A DNA stretch of 64,000 nucleotides from Eledone cirrhosa (lineage: Eukaryota): the NCBI GenBank assembly GCA_964016885.1, contig OZ024743.1, forward strand, positions 261,702,001 through 261,766,000. Direction: 5' to 3'. Position 1 is the stretch's first letter. Each line of letters starts with the position of its first letter. The notes under the pieces were generated by a model. The model saw only the letters and a program-made list of their open reading frames with translations, searched no databases and had not been told where the DNA came from. Shown here one piece after another: positions 1-14,535 of the stretch. A program made the translations under genes and the position numbers.

Positions 1-339
1 ATATTTTTGTTTATTTCTAAAGGAGAGTGCTATAGGAGAGTGGCATCTTCTTGATTTAACCCCAGTTTGTATAACACTGGTGTTTATTTTAGTGACACTC
101 CTGAGATTTGAATTCAGAACATATATATGTATATTCTGAATTTAAATTTCAGCAGGTTCTTTAGTTCATTGTTTTACTTATTGCAGCAGTCCTTCAGCTT
201 TTCTAAGCCCTGTAAAAAGACCTCGGAGGGTTGGCCTCCAACCAGGCCTCTGTAGCAGCAATCAAACTAGGAACTTTTTAGCATCCCCTTGTATTGTGCT
301 TTATGGTGATATTTACATTTTCTTACATGTTCTATTATT

Positions 340-520
340 ACATGCTTCACGGCATAATTATGTCCCTTTACATTCTGAGTTCAAATCCTGCTGAAGTTAG
401 CTTTGCCTTTCATCCTTATGGTGTCAATAAAATAAAGTACCAGTAATGCACTTGGGTTGATTTGACTTTTCTTTCCCCAAAATTGCTGGCCTTGTGCCTA
501 AATCAGAAACCATTATTATT
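340..520 (+). mobile_element. tRNA-derived SINE family A (degenerate)
   Basis: B-box gagttcaaatcc, conserved core gcctttcatcc...aataaaataaagtaccagt, 3' end tagaaac+(ATT)n. Confidence 0.8.
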
Positions 521-552
521 ATTACCAGTGAGGTAGTAGGATTGGTGTGGTG

Positions 553-802
553 ATTAACCTTTCTGATACCAAACAGCCTTGAATTGTATCCGATTCTACA
601 GTACAAAACAATTTATTTTAAAGTGTTTATATTTATCTAAACACCTTCCCTCATAATTTTATAAGAACCTTTGTTACAAAGTCAACTTGATATGAAAGTT
701 AGTTCTATTATTAAATTCTTCAAAATATTCAATTATTTTCAAAATGATTTGAAAACTATAGGCCAGTGTCTTTCATTAGAAATATGGTAATGAGAGGATT
801 AA
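553..802. mobile_element. piggyBac-like MITE, ~250-bp family (other copies ~5676-5900, ~5990-6205, 27563-27997, 31525-31778, ~60218-60430)
   Basis: TTAA-CC(C)TTT...A(G/A)GG(G/A)-TTAA termini and a shared body (aaagtgtttatatttat...ccttccatcataattt...gtatttcattagaaatatggtaatgaaagg). Confidence 0.65.
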
Positions 803-1679
803 ATGTGTAGTATTATTTCCAGTGGGCAGAGTCATTAGTGTTGGATGAATGCTTTGCAGTATTTGTTAAGACTCTACATTCCGAGTTCAAATCCCAATGA
901 AATCAGGTGGTAACATATATGAGCCTGCAATAAATCAGTTACACCCTGAAAATGGAGAAAGTTTGATGTTTTTACATTATTATTTACAAGTTTTTAAATT
1001 TGGTTATTAAATTATATTTTCTTTTTGAATAAGTTACAATAACAGGAATCACTATTACTGGAAAATCTTTGAATGTCTTGAAATAAACATGCAATTGGAA
1101 TCTTTTAAATTTTTTTTCCTTTTTAAGATCAGTTCAACACATATCTTCTCAGATGGGTAGGATGGTCTCTCTTCTCTCTTGTCACCCTTTAACCTACTGG
1201 CAGTTATGTTCACAAGTAATTTCCAGTTGTAGAGATCAGTATGTTTGAGCACAAAGAACAGAATTATTTTATTACACTAGTGAACTTAGTGTGTGCCTTT
1301 GGCAATGGTTTTCTTGTTCCAGCACACATGCCTATCAATAATAATAAAAAAACAAAACAATGACCAATTATCAAAACCAATTGACAAAAGAAAAGCTGAT
1401 ATTGATTATCTGCTGATTAATCAGTGAAACCCCAATATGTAGTCAGGTTCCTTTGCAGTTTGGGTTCAAATCCTGCTGGGGTCAATTTTACTTTTCATCC
1501 TTCCAGGGACAATGATAAAATAAGTATCAGCCAAATACTGTGGTGATCGATTTAATCTATTTCTTCTTTAAAGAATTTAAAATCTTGTTCCTTTGTAGAA
1601 TTCTGTTATCCTCAGTAAGTGGCATATGTGAATGCTATTAGGAGAAAAAGAGAGCCTAAACAAGTTGGATTGATGTTGA

Positions 1680-3136
1680 TTGTGATTGCCAAACTGATGG
1701 AATCCTGTGTCAGAGAAACACTTTGAAACTTCTGGAGCTCTCACAGCCTCATCCGGCCCTCGCAATTTGGATTTATCCCTAACTCCAGCTGCTGCGATCA
1801 GCTTATCGAGTTCCTTGAAGACATTACCTGGATCCCTGACAGCGGCTCATGGGTGGATGTTGTTTACCTTGCCTTCGCTAAGGCTTTTAATTCTGTGCTA
1901 CACAAAAGACATATGGCGAAACTCTCTGCAATGGGTGTGAGGGATGATCTTTTCGACTGGTTGAAATCCTTCATTTTCAGCCGAAAGAGGTAGTCATGGT
2001 TCTAGGACAGCATTCTTCACCATATGAGATGTCATCTGGTGTACCACAGGGATCTATTCTTGGTCCCCTTTTGTTTGTGGCATATATTAATGACATAGAT
2101 GCCAACTTAAAGAATGCCACAGTACTGAAATATGCAGATGACATCAAGCTGTACCTTGAAATCAAAAGGACTGATCCTGAAATCTACAACTCTTTCCTTC
2201 AATCAGACCTGGGCACAATGCAGCAATGGATCACAGACTGGCAACTGAAGCTGGCTGTGGACAAGTGTACCACCATGCATTTTGGGAGGAAAAATCCAGC
2301 GTCCACATACTCCCTCCACAACACTGATATCAAGAAGTCCTCTTGTGAACGTGACCTGTGCATTACTGTCAGCAGTGATTTGCGTTGGACAAAGCATATC
2401 TCTAAGATTGTCAAGAAGGCCGAGGGTGTCTTGGCATCACTCAGCAAGACCTTTGTTAGCCGCTCTCCAGCCATCTATTTAAAGCTGTATACAGCTATGG
2501 TACGACCACACTTGGAATTCGCATCATCAATCTGGAACCCCTATCTTGCTCAGAACATTGACCTCCTGGAAACTGTTCAGAGACGTGCAACCAAGCGCAT
2601 ACCCTCCATCAGACACCTACCATACTCTGAACGCCTTGCTTCCCTGGGCATGGATTCATTGAAACTCCGACGTCTGGCAACGGACTTGGAAAACACCCAC
2701 AAAGTTATTAACCATCTCGCCAACAACAACCCTGAGCACCTTTTTGATCTCCATGTGTCTAACACACGTGGACATGCCTACAAAGTCAGAAAACAGCACA
2801 ACTCCCATGACTTTCGGAAACATTTTTTCACGCTTAGAATTGCTGAAGCATGGAACAAACTGCCTGCGTCAGTTGTTAGCTGCTGAGACACTGCATCCTT
2901 TAAAACACTCATGCTTCCCGAAATTCGCCAAAACTACACCTGATGTACCCCTTCCATACACTACACCTGATGTACCCCTTCCATACACATGCACACATGT
3001 GTATATCATGACTCATGCACTCTTCATTTTCCTGACGTTTGTACATTACCCTATGTACTATACATACACTTTTGATGAGTTGTAGTGCACCTGAGCACTG
3101 TATACAATATTTTCATTATTATTATCATTATTATTA
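1680..3136 (+). mobile_element. 5'-truncated CR1-clade LINE (RT pseudogene, 3' UTR, (ATT/CAT)n tail)
   Basis: Upstream frame reads SQFGF...VDVVYLAFAKAF; ORF 1996-2886 has SGVPQGSILGPLLF, KYADD, LYTAMVRPHLEFASSIWNPY, LETVQRRATK, TRGH, FFTLRIAEAWNKLP. Interrupted by stops/frameshift; ends in ttttcattattattatcattattattat; 27-bp tandem duplication at ~2933-2988. Confidence 0.92.
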
Positions 3137-3510
3137 TACTGGTGGTGTTGGTAATGATGTTGATTGTGATGATGATGGTAGTTGTGGTGGTAATGGTGTT
3201 CTTGATGAAAATAGTGGTAGTAGTAATGGTGTTGTTGATTGTGGTGATGATGGTGGTTGTGGTAATGTTGATTGGGGTGGTTATGGTGTTGTTGATTGTG
3301 ATGATGGTAGTAGTGTGATGGGGTTGATAAAAATGGTGGTGGTAATAATGGTGTTGTTGATTGTGATGGTGATGATGGTGGTAATAGTGTTGTAGATTTT
3401 GATGATAGTGGTAGGGGTGGTTGTGGTGGTATTGTTGATAGTGATGATAGTGGTGATTCTGTTGATTGTGATAATGATGGTGATATTAGTGGTGGTAGTG
3501 GTGGTGGGTG
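3137..3510. repeat. (GTG/GAT)n low-complexity trinucleotide tract
   Basis: Degenerate ggt/gat/gtt repeats; gives spurious V/M/D/G ORFs. Confidence 0.9.
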
Positions 3511-4580
3511 CTAAAGGCTGTTGTCAAGGGAGAAGAAAAAAGGGAGTTTAGGAACTTAAGAACATTTCTTTACAGAATATATTATTCAGCTTATTGCCTC
3601 TCAATCTCACTCTCTCTATACTGCCTCTTGCTTTTTCTCACTCACTCACTCTCCCGCCTCTAATTCTCTCTCTAACTTGCTTCTCACCTCTAATTTTCAC
3701 TTATGTTCTCTATCTTGTCTCTTTTCTTTTGCTCACCCTCTTTATCTTGTTTCTTTCTTTATTCCTATTTCTCTGCCTCTTTCTTTCTCTCCCCCTTTTC
3801 CTTTTTCCTTTTAACAGCTCTGTATATCAGAGAGAGAGAGAGAGGATGGAAGGAGCTCCAATGTACTCTATTGGATGGTCAAATCTCCATCTGGAAATGA
3901 TGCTGTTGCTAATCTTTTTTTCTTTTTCCACTTGTTGTTTGCTGCTATTGCAATTGTTGTTACTGTTGCTGTTACTTCTGTTGTGTAGATTTTCAAAGAT
4001 GTTATTTAACATCTGGTGGTGGTAGTTTTATTGCAGTTGTTTTTGTCTTGGTCTTTCTTCCATATTGGATTATCAGTGTTGTTGTTGTTATCACTGTAGG
4101 TCATCTCTGATCCTGAATTATTCAATATGTCCTGTAGTGTGATTTGCAGGGGGAATTGGCTGTTATCTTTATCACATGGAGGCTCATAGTGATCATAATA
4201 AAAATGTTGGTGGTGATATTGTTGCTGCTGTTGTTATTGGAATATAAAAAAGGGTAAAAACCCCCTTCGGTCACAAATGACCATGGGTTTTGCACCTAGA
4301 AAGTTCCTCTCTGAGGCATAAATCTTATATAAGGACCATATTTTAAATAACTATCTTTGTAATGAAATAATAATTTTAATAAATCCTTAAATTTCTTCAT
4401 TAATCAATTGAAATAGTGTATTTCATTAGAAATTTAGTAACAAAAAAGGTTAAAAGGGTAGAATTGGTAAAGTGATGGTTTAAATACTTTACAATACATA
4501 CTTACATCTTTCTTCATTCTGAATTCAAATCTTTCTTTGGTTATCATTGTTTTCCTTCTCACTGGGATTTATAAAAAGAT

Positions 4581-4795
4581 CTACTTATTATTGTTTAGCT
4601 GTAAACCTGCTCTGATCTCGCAGATCATTGATCAAATGTCTACTTGTTATTGTTTAGCTGTAAACCTGCTCTGATCTCGCAGATCATTGATCAAATGTCT
4701 ACTTGTTATTGTTTAGCTATAAGTCAACTCTGACTGAGCAGATCTGTGATCAAATGTCTAATTATTGTTTAGATGTAAGTCAGCTCTGATCTAGC
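4581..4795. repeat. 59-bp tandem repeat, ~3.5 copies
   Basis: Unit ctactt(a/g)ttattgtttagctgtaaacctgctctgatctcgcagatcattgatcaaatgt starts at 4581, 4640, 4699 and ~4758. Confidence 0.9.
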
Positions 4796-4973
4796 ATGGA
4801 TTGAAGCATACATCTACTATGCATCACCTTTCCTTCCTCTACCCCTTCCTTACTCCACCTACACCATAACACTCCATCAAATCATAATACTTCACCCACG
4901 TCATAATGCCCCACTCCTCACTTATACCCCTAGGTCCACTTCCCTAATCCTGATGCACCACTCCTATCCAAGT

Positions 4974-5290
4974 CCCCAGTCCACACTGTAAAGTGATTGT
5001 TTTGGTGCCATGACAAAAAGCACCCAATCCACACTGTAAAGTGGTTGTACAGGTGTCATGCCAAAAATTTCCCAGTCCATACTGAAAAGTGGTCATATAG
5101 GTGTCATGGCAAAAAGCACCCAGTACACACTGTAAATGTGGTTACCATTAGGAAGGAGATCCACCTGTAGAAACCAAGCCCAAATCAGTTCTGTATGAGC
5201 AAGATAAGGTTATCCGACCTGGCTTGTCTCACAATGAGACAGCTCGTCTAATCCATGCTAGTATGGAAAATATATATTAAATGGTGATGA
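4974..5290 (+). mobile_element. Old RTE-3'UTR-related element (SINE tail or truncated LINE); similar copies ~7710-7965, ~25770-26205, ~30890-31020, ~58130-58310, ~8425-8720(-)
   Basis: Degenerate repeats of ccagtccacactgtaaagtggtt...tgtcatgacaaaaagcac, then ttaggaagggcatcca...ccatgc(t/a)ag(c/t)atggaaaa...(GAT)n, homologous to the RTE 3' UTR at 48728-49000. Confidence 0.75.
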
Positions 5291-6464
5291 AAAAAAAAAA
5301 AAAAATCATACCAGATATTAGCAGTATCACATTGCTGAAAACTGAGTCTTTGGATTTGCATATGCCACATTTCTGGCAATATATCCTGTTCAATCTCTTC
5401 AGCTTTTCCTTTTATTTGCTTATTTTGGTTATTTTTCATGAACTTCTCTAGGTTAAAGTTGGACCTCATAAAGCTTATACAGAAAAAATAGAGCTCCCAC
5501 CATTGCTATTTTTAAATATTCTTCTGAAATTTGGAGCAGATATTGCAAGTAAGAAATGTTGAGTGTTAATGTCTGATAAAATTCCATACTTACATAAGAA
5601 GCAATGTTTCTTTGGAGACAAGATGAAACAAACAGAACCACAAAAATTAAAACTGACCTCACTCTCTCTTTTCCTCAACCTTTATCATACCAAACTACTT
5701 GAACCCACTCCTGCTTCTATGATATAACATTTTTAAAGTGTTTATATTTATCTATAAACCTTCCATCATAATCTTATGTAAGAACATTTTTCAAGTGATG
5801 CTCCAAACACCACCAGATTAATAAGTAAGTTAGGTATATTAATAAATCCATAAAAATTCATGATTATTTTCAAAATTATTTGAAAATCATAGTGAATGGT
5901 TTTAAAAAGCCATAAACATCACAGCATCTCATTTACACTTCTCTTCTATGAATTAGTGGTCTTATCTTCAAGTAAGAATCTAGCATCAAGAATAATAAAT
6001 TATAATTTCTTAAATCTTTTTTGAAAATAATCAAGAATTTGGAGAGATTTAGAAATATAGCTTTCTCATCATTTAGCTGGTGTTTATAATATAAACATTC
6101 TTACATATTGAGAGATTTTTATATATATATAAATTCTTTAAAACATATTCTTTCATATCATAGAACCAAGGGTAGTTTCAGACAGCTTAGTTTCAAATGG
6201 GTTAAACAATGAAGATAAACAATTCTTTACATTATTGAAGAGTCATTTGTAGCCAAATTAAAAATCATAAACAATCATATTCAGTTTTTATTTATTTTGC
6301 AGTGTCAAAATATTCATTGCACTTTTTAGACCTGATCACTAACAATTCTAGCAAGTATAACAAAAACAAATTGTTTGCCACTTTTAAACAATTTGTTTTA
6401 AATTGCGTATCGATTATTTTAGATTTGATGGATTAACATATTGGCATATGAAATTCATTATTAA

Positions 6465-6633
6465 TGGATTGGCAGTATTGGTAGTGTCAGACACCATGTT
6501 TTGCAACACTGTTATGGCCCTTTATGTTCTGAGTTCAAATTCCACCGAGGTTAGCTTTGCCTTTCATCCTTACGAGGTCAATAAAATAAAGCACCAGTAA
6601 TGCTATGGAGTAATTGCTGGCTTTGTGCCTAAA
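6465..6633 (+). mobile_element. tRNA-derived SINE family A
   Basis: ggattggcagtattggtag head, gagttcaaattcc B-box, gcctttcatccttacgaggtcaataaaataaagcaccagt core. Confidence 0.82.
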
Positions 6634-6689
6634 GTGGATTAATATATTGTCTCCTTGTTGTATGTCTTCTGCCTCTTCTCCTCATCCTA

Positions 6690-7060
6690 CATATTCCTAG
6701 GGGGGTTGTAGGAGCAGAGTCATCAAGCACACATTCCAGTAGTTCCAGTCAGAAGCAATGGTCTCCAATTGATTTGGCTGGGTCTCCAAATGAGACTAGT
6801 CAAGCTCATGGATGTTATTGAATGATCTTGCTTGGGATCTACCCCCGTGTCTCTTGTCAGTTGGTTTTGTCCATACATTCTGTCCAGTGATTCTTTCCTT
6901 AGACATTCTAATCACATGGTCGTAGTATCAGAACTATGGTCTCTCAATTCAGGGAAGTAGTGATTCTCTGATCTCCAAGCTACGCACTCTATCGAGTAAT
7001 GTAACTCTACAGAGCCTTCAGAGGAATCCTATTTTTGGCTGTTTGTATTCGCGATCATAT
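6690..7060 (-). mobile_element. Decayed RTE-clade LINE 3' fragment (second RTE family; related piece ~15590-15770)
   Basis: Minus-strand remnants VTLLDRVRSLEIRESL and YYDHVIRM resemble the RTE post-RT region (DRVRS.EIRE.L...LRWYGHV.RM). Confidence 0.65.
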
Positions 7061-8958
7061 CTTTTTGCTGTATGTGAATAATTATAATTTATTATGAGAT
7101 TGAAACTGGTGGTGACCATTGTCATATTCAATAATTCAGCTATTATTATTATCATTTAAACTCATATAGAACTCTACTTCATGTATAATGTGACATCTGA
7201 TTATTTTTTGGTAAAAATACTTATTTATAGATCTTATGTCTAATGCAACACTAGATTTTGAGCAATTGCAGTAAATAAGTCAGTGGAATATTTTAGTACT
7301 GGGTAAAATCTTAAACACATTTTTGTTTTAGTAAATGACACTCTGCTCTTCATGTAGCAGCAAAAAGAAAGAATCTAGGTTATAGGAGATGGACCAAAGG
7401 AGCTTACCAGTACTAATAAGGTTAACCAATGATAGTGATGTGTGGAAGGGCTACCAGGTAGGTTAATGTCACCGAAAATGCATGAATACCAATCCTATCA
7501 AACAAATACTTATTTTGCTTATTAAACTCACGTTATACTTGAGTATATATGATATGTCTTATTTTTGTTATTATTTATACAATATCATCAGTATAAACTG
7601 TTGAAGGAAATCCTGATATGTTTTCTAGAACATATTAATTTGGCTGTGCATATACATTTACACACACATATGGACATTGATTTGTCATGTATTTTAAATG
7701 CATCTTTGGCATGTCGCTTTGGTGATGTGACAAGTCCACCCAGTCCACACAGTAAAGTGGTTGTTTTGGTACCATGACAAATACTGTCAAGTGGTTGTGT
7801 TGGTGTCACGACAAAAAGCGCCTAGTCCACACTATAAAGTGGTCGTTTTGGGGTCACAATAAAATGTACCCAATCCACATTGTAAATGGGGGTTGACATT
7901 AGAAAGGGCATCCAGCTGTAGAAACCAAGCCAGAAACGGTTCTTTGTGAGCAAGACATGGTCATATGATCTGAGATGTTATTTACCAAGGCATTGGGTTG
8001 ACCCTTGCTTTGTAATGGAAACTGGGTGGAGAGATACCGTTTGGAAGCTTGCCACTTGTCAGATGGACTGTGCCTGTAATTCAAAGGTCCATCTTTTGTC
8101 ACACAGTTATGCTGAATCGCCCTGAGAGTAATGTTAATGATCATGTTTCTGGAATGTTCAGCCTTTTACATGTTAATTTCATGAGCAGATTGTTCCATTG
8201 GTTGAAACTGACAATTATTCCGCTTCTGATTTAAGTTTTGAACAGCTAAATAAACCTTTGTTGTTTAAAGTTGGACGCAAACACATGTATACAGCAATGC
8301 TATAGTGTTATCTTTGCTGACTGTCATACATATTCCAGGTGTGAATACTGACTTCTGGAAGAATTATTCAGATTCATAGGCAATGAATTGGCAAAGTTAG
8401 TAAAACATTATATTAAATATATCATCATCGTATGTCTGTTTTCCCTGCTTGCAAGGACTGGACAGGTCGTCAATGTCAGTACTTAATCGGAGCTACTCAC
8501 CTATCAAATGGGCCAGGGAGCCTGCATCTCACTTACATATGCACAGAGTACAGCAAATGGATTTTATTGTAGCACCAAGAGTAGAAGGTTGTCATGTGTT
8601 TCATACAGCTGAAGACTCCTCCCCAACTCTTTTTGGCATTTTTTCTATGGCTGGATGCCCTCCTTATCACCAACCACCTTACAGAGTGTACTGGGTCCAT
8701 TTTGTTTTGGTAGCAGCACTAGAGAGGTTGTGTTGTGATTGGAAGGTACAGCGGTTCTCGCTCCCTGTGCCCTGAGTTCAATTTTTATTGTGATCAACTT
8801 TGCTCTTCATCATTTTAGGGTCAATGAATAAAGTATCAGTTTATGGGTTGTGGATTGGAAGAATTATTAGTGTTGGACTGAATGCATTGTGGTATCTGTT
8901 TTGCTTCATGTCTTCTGAATTCCAATTCCACCTGCTGCCAGTGGAGAGGTGATAAGGC

Positions 8959-9265
8959 TTCTGTCAGGAGTTATGACCAGCAGACAGTGTCTGCTACAGA
9001 TAAAAACATAGTTTCCTTTGTTTGATCTGAGGATCAAGTCCTTCTTTCTGCTAGGAACTACCACTGGCAGACACTGTCTGCTATAAAAAGACTAATAAAG
9101 CAATCTTTCCTTCATGCGATCTAAGGATCAGCTCCTTTCTGCCAGAAGTTATGACTGGCAAACACTGTCTGCTATTGAAAGACTAATAAAAACAGTTTCC
9201 TTCCTCTGATCTGAGGATCAGTTCCTTCTTTCTGACAGGAGTTACAACCAACAGATCTGAAGATC
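8959..9265. repeat. ~90-bp degenerate tandem repeat, ~3.3 copies
   Basis: Unit ttctg.cagga...gcagacactgtctgcta...gatctgaggatca starts near 8959, 9046, 9137 and 9231. Confidence 0.85.
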
Positions 9266-9672
9266 AACCTTCCAGTCCACTCAGGTTAGAAATCTCAACA
9301 CATTATTATTATATTTAACAAGCAATTCCCAGCCCATCTAAGAGGGTAGTTGCTCTGCTTGAGTACTGACATGGTCTGTGAAGACCGTTCCAACACATGC
9401 TTTAAATGATGATGATGATGATAGACTTGAAATTTCTTATTTGTTGCTAAAATCACACATGCACGTACACACTGACACATAAAAGCACACAGTTTCAGAC
9501 ACACATGAACAAACACACCAACACATAACCTCACACACATACACAGCTGTACCAAGTAAAGTATAACATAGTGATGTTTGATAACAGTAAGTTACCACCA
9601 AATTATCTTACAACTGTGTTAGATCAGATTGGAACTTATCTGTTGAGTGTTTAGACACATAAATAGACATGC

Positions 9673-9705
<33 letters not shown>

Positions 9706-9761
9706 TCAATATGCTCCCAAACATACATGTGTATTGTTGTATGTGTATGTGTGTATATATA

Positions 9762-9863
9762 TAGGATGTCCACAAAAATTGTATACACACTTTGATTACC
9801 TGCACAGACAATATTTATTAGAATGCTGTTGAAGTGTCTATACATTTTTTGGGGACACCCTTT
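9762..9863. mobile_element. Short Tc1/mariner-like MITE remnant
   Basis: Imperfect TIRs aggatgtccacaaaaattgtatacacacttt / aagtgtctatacattttttggggacaccct in a TA context. Confidence 0.55.
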
Positions 9864-10029
9864 ACACACACACACGTGTTTGCACATTATATAACACACA
9901 CACATATGTATTTATACACACACATATACATCTATATGTACACACATATGTGTGTGTGTACCAAACAAGTGTAGCAGTAATTTGTTGTTCCTATTATTTC
10001 TCCCAACTTACTACTATTGTTCTTATTAC

Positions 10030-11750
<1,721 letters not shown>

Positions 11751-12039
11751 TTAATATATAAAGGAACAAAGAATCAGTGTTGCAACATATACATATTTAA
11801 TTAATTATTACATATGTTTCATTGTCGATCAGCTCGAGGAATGATCTATTAATAATTGAACCTGACTCTGGAATCGTAAGCTCCTCAGATATGTTTTAAC
11901 ATGTAGACTCGCGTCTACATATTAAAACATATCTGATACTCTGCTCCCCAAGAGCATCGAGTGCTCATTTGGCATACCGCCTATGGATGCAATTAACTTA
12001 CACCTTAACACCTCTCTCTCTCTCTCTAAATAAAATCTG

Positions 12040-12304
12040 TCCATAGCCTATTGGACCAGTGCTTATCCAAGTTTCATTGGTGTTAAGTGACTGAGAGTAC
12101 AACACTTCCCTATGGACAGGATGCCAGTCCATCATAGTTTTAAACCCTCAGTTGAAAATGTGTACTAACACTAGCTGAGTGTACTGGAGTAATGTGAAAC
12201 TAAGTGTTTTGCTCAGTAACTCAACACACAACCCAGTCCAGGAATCAAACCCATGACATTGTGATTGTAAACTCAACACTCTAACCACTAGGCTAAGCAA
12301 CTTC
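12040..12304 (-). mobile_element. tRNA-derived SINE (head shared with 62405-62745)
   Basis: Minus strand: gcttagcctagtggttagagtg A-box-like, gggtttgattcctggactggg B-box-like, then tgagcaaaacacttagtttcacattactccagtacactcagct. Confidence 0.75.
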
Positions 12305-12338
12305 ACACACATATCTGTTTGTGTGCGCGTGTGTGTGG

Positions 12339-12529
12339 AATAATTGTTTCTACTTTTGTCACAAGGCCAGCAATTACCCAGTGCATTACTGGTACTTTAT
12401 TTTATCGACCCCCGTAAGGATGAAAGGCAAAGTTAACCTTGGTGGGATTTGAACTCAGAATGGCAAGGGCCGTAACTCTATACGTCAAAGCATGGCGTCC
12501 GACCCACTACCGATACTGCCAATCCACCG
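12339..12529 (-). mobile_element. tRNA-derived SINE family A (well preserved)
   Basis: Reverse complement closely matches 13594-13790 over the whole length. Confidence 0.9.
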
Positions 12530-12669
12530 GTGGAATAATGAGCATATGTATGCATTTGTGTATTAATAGTGTAGCTGTGTATGTATGTATGTATGTATGT
12601 ATGTATGTGTGTGTGTATATATATATATATAACCGGTACTAGCAGTGAACCTTAGTTCTGTCAACTTCT

Positions 12670-12725
<56 letters not shown>

Positions 12726-13397
12726 AACAATATCAATCTTAATGACCCAAAACTAGTGATTTCCAGAGGTTGACTGAGGAGATGTGACTGTCCATTTTTT
12801 CTTTGTTTTTGTTGTGTGCCCCCTGTTTTGTGTATACACACACACTCTCTCTCCCTCTCTCTGAAGCAAAACAGTGAGTAAGTGCAGATTATGTGGAAGT
12901 TGGGAAGATACAATTAACCACATTATCTATGGCTGCCCAGTCTTAGCCAAAAAAGGAATATATCCACAGGCATGATAGAGTTGGGATTTACATACACTGG
13001 AAGTTATGCTAACATTATGAAATACCGACAGAAAAACGATGGTACCAGAACAGGTGTCAGAGAATAACAAAGCAACCATTCTCTGGGATATGTTGATACA
13101 CACAGACGGAGATTAAAGCCAACCAACTGAATATTATAGTCAAAGACCACAAAGAAAAAGTCTCTTCTAATTGATGTATCAATTCCCACAGACAACAATA
13201 TTTCTGCCAAGGAAATGGAGAAATTATCCAAATATATAGATCTGAAGATAGAAATAACCTGAATGTGGATGATGAAAACAGAAGCAATCCCTATAATAAT
13301 AATAGGTGCTCTGGGAATGATAAAAAACACACACTGATAGATGTATAACGGAAACCCCAGGATTTACAAATAAATGCAGCATATAAAAAATAACATT

Positions 13398-13583
13398 GGT
13401 GAATTGGCAGTATCGGTAGAGGTTGGATTATGCTTTCCAGCATAGTTACGTCCCTTTATGATCTGAGTTCAATTCCCGCCGAGGTTAACTTTGCCTTTCA
13501 TCCTTACGGGGTCGATAAAATAAAGTACCAGTAATGTACTGGGATAATTGCTGGCCTTGTGCCAAAAAGTAGAAACAATTATT
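13398..13583 (+). mobile_element. tRNA-derived SINE family A
   Basis: ggtgaattggcagtatcggtagag head, gagttcaattcccgcc B-box, core, agaaacaattatt tail. Confidence 0.9.
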
Positions 13584-13593
13584 AGGTATTACC

Positions 13594-13790
13594 TGAGGGC
13601 GGTGGGTTGGCAGTATCGGTAGAGGGTCGGACGCCATGCTTTGCAGCAAAGAGTTACGGCCCTTTATGATCTGAGTTCAAATCCCGCCGAGGTTAACTTA
13701 GCCTTTCATCCTTACGGGGTTGATAAAATGAAGTACCAGTAATGTACTGGGTAATTGCTGGCCTTGTGCCAAAAGTAGAAACAATTATTA
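13594..13790 (+). mobile_element. tRNA-derived SINE family A, full-length, 13-bp TSD
   Basis: A-box-like tggcagtatcggtag, B-box gagttcaaatccc; flanked by attaggtattacc at 13581-13593 and 13787-13799. Confidence 0.92.
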
Positions 13791-14202
13791 GGTATTACCA
13801 CATGAAAAGTAGTCTCAATACAATAGAAATACCATCACTAATCATTAATTATATCGACTGTAGCAGTTGACTGGTACTTTATTTTATTGATATCTGAAAG
13901 GATAAGGCAAAGTTGAGCTCAGCAAGATTTAAATTCAGAAATAATATTTAATTGAACTAATCAGTTTAGCAGGGACTGATTAACTGCCAATATAATGTAC
14001 ACATTAGATTTGCAACCCATCAGTAAAACTTTGTTTATAAGGCTGTACCATCAGAGGTGTGTTTGTTTTATAAAAAAATATAAATTCTATTCAAGCAATT
14101 GTTTTTGCACTTGATGTCATCAATGTATAATAAATGTTTACTTTGTTGTTAATCATATTAAGTATTGACAGGATCAAACCATCATGCATATTCAATTATT
14201 TG

Positions 14203-14257
<55 letters not shown>

Positions 14258-14329
14258 ATGTGTTTGAAGGCATGTGTGTAGGGGTGTGTATGCATGTGTT
14301 AGTACATACTAAAATTATTCCTAGTAAAT

Positions 14330-14535
14330 TAATGGTTTCTGATTTAGGCACAGGGCCAGCAATTTTGGAGCAGAAAGTTGATTAAATCAACCCCAGTGCA
14401 TTACTGGTGCTTTATTTAATCCACCTTGTAAGGATGAAAGGCAAAGCTAACCTCAGTGGAATTTGGACTCAGAATATAAAGGGTCATAACTCTATGCCGC
14501 GAAGTATAGTGTCTGGCATTTTACCGATACTGCCA
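14330..14535 (-). mobile_element. tRNA-derived SINE family A
   Basis: Reverse-complement match to family A (actggtgctttattt...ggatgaaaggcaaag...ggactcagaa...taccgatactgcca). Confidence 0.82.

Larger units (their letters stand above)
12878..13830 (+). mobile_element. Decayed Dong/R4-clade LINE C-terminus (CCHC knuckle + restriction-like endonuclease), interrupted by two SINEs
   Basis: Frameshifted translation KCRLCGSWEDTINHIIYGCPVLA..EYIHRHDRVGIYIHWKLC..ATILWD..IHTD..LIDVSIPTDNNISAKEMEKLSKYIDLKIEI..W..PIIIIGALG; resumes after the SINEs at ~13787. Confidence 0.85.

Noticed and set aside
3039-4025. Hydrophobic membrane-like or Gly/Asp-rich ORFs
   Set aside because: Arise from GTG/GAT and CT-rich low-complexity tracts.
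13594-13690. tRNA gene-like A/B boxes (also ~62660-62740 and ~61990-62050)
   Set aside because: No complete cloverleaf; each continues into a multicopy SINE body.
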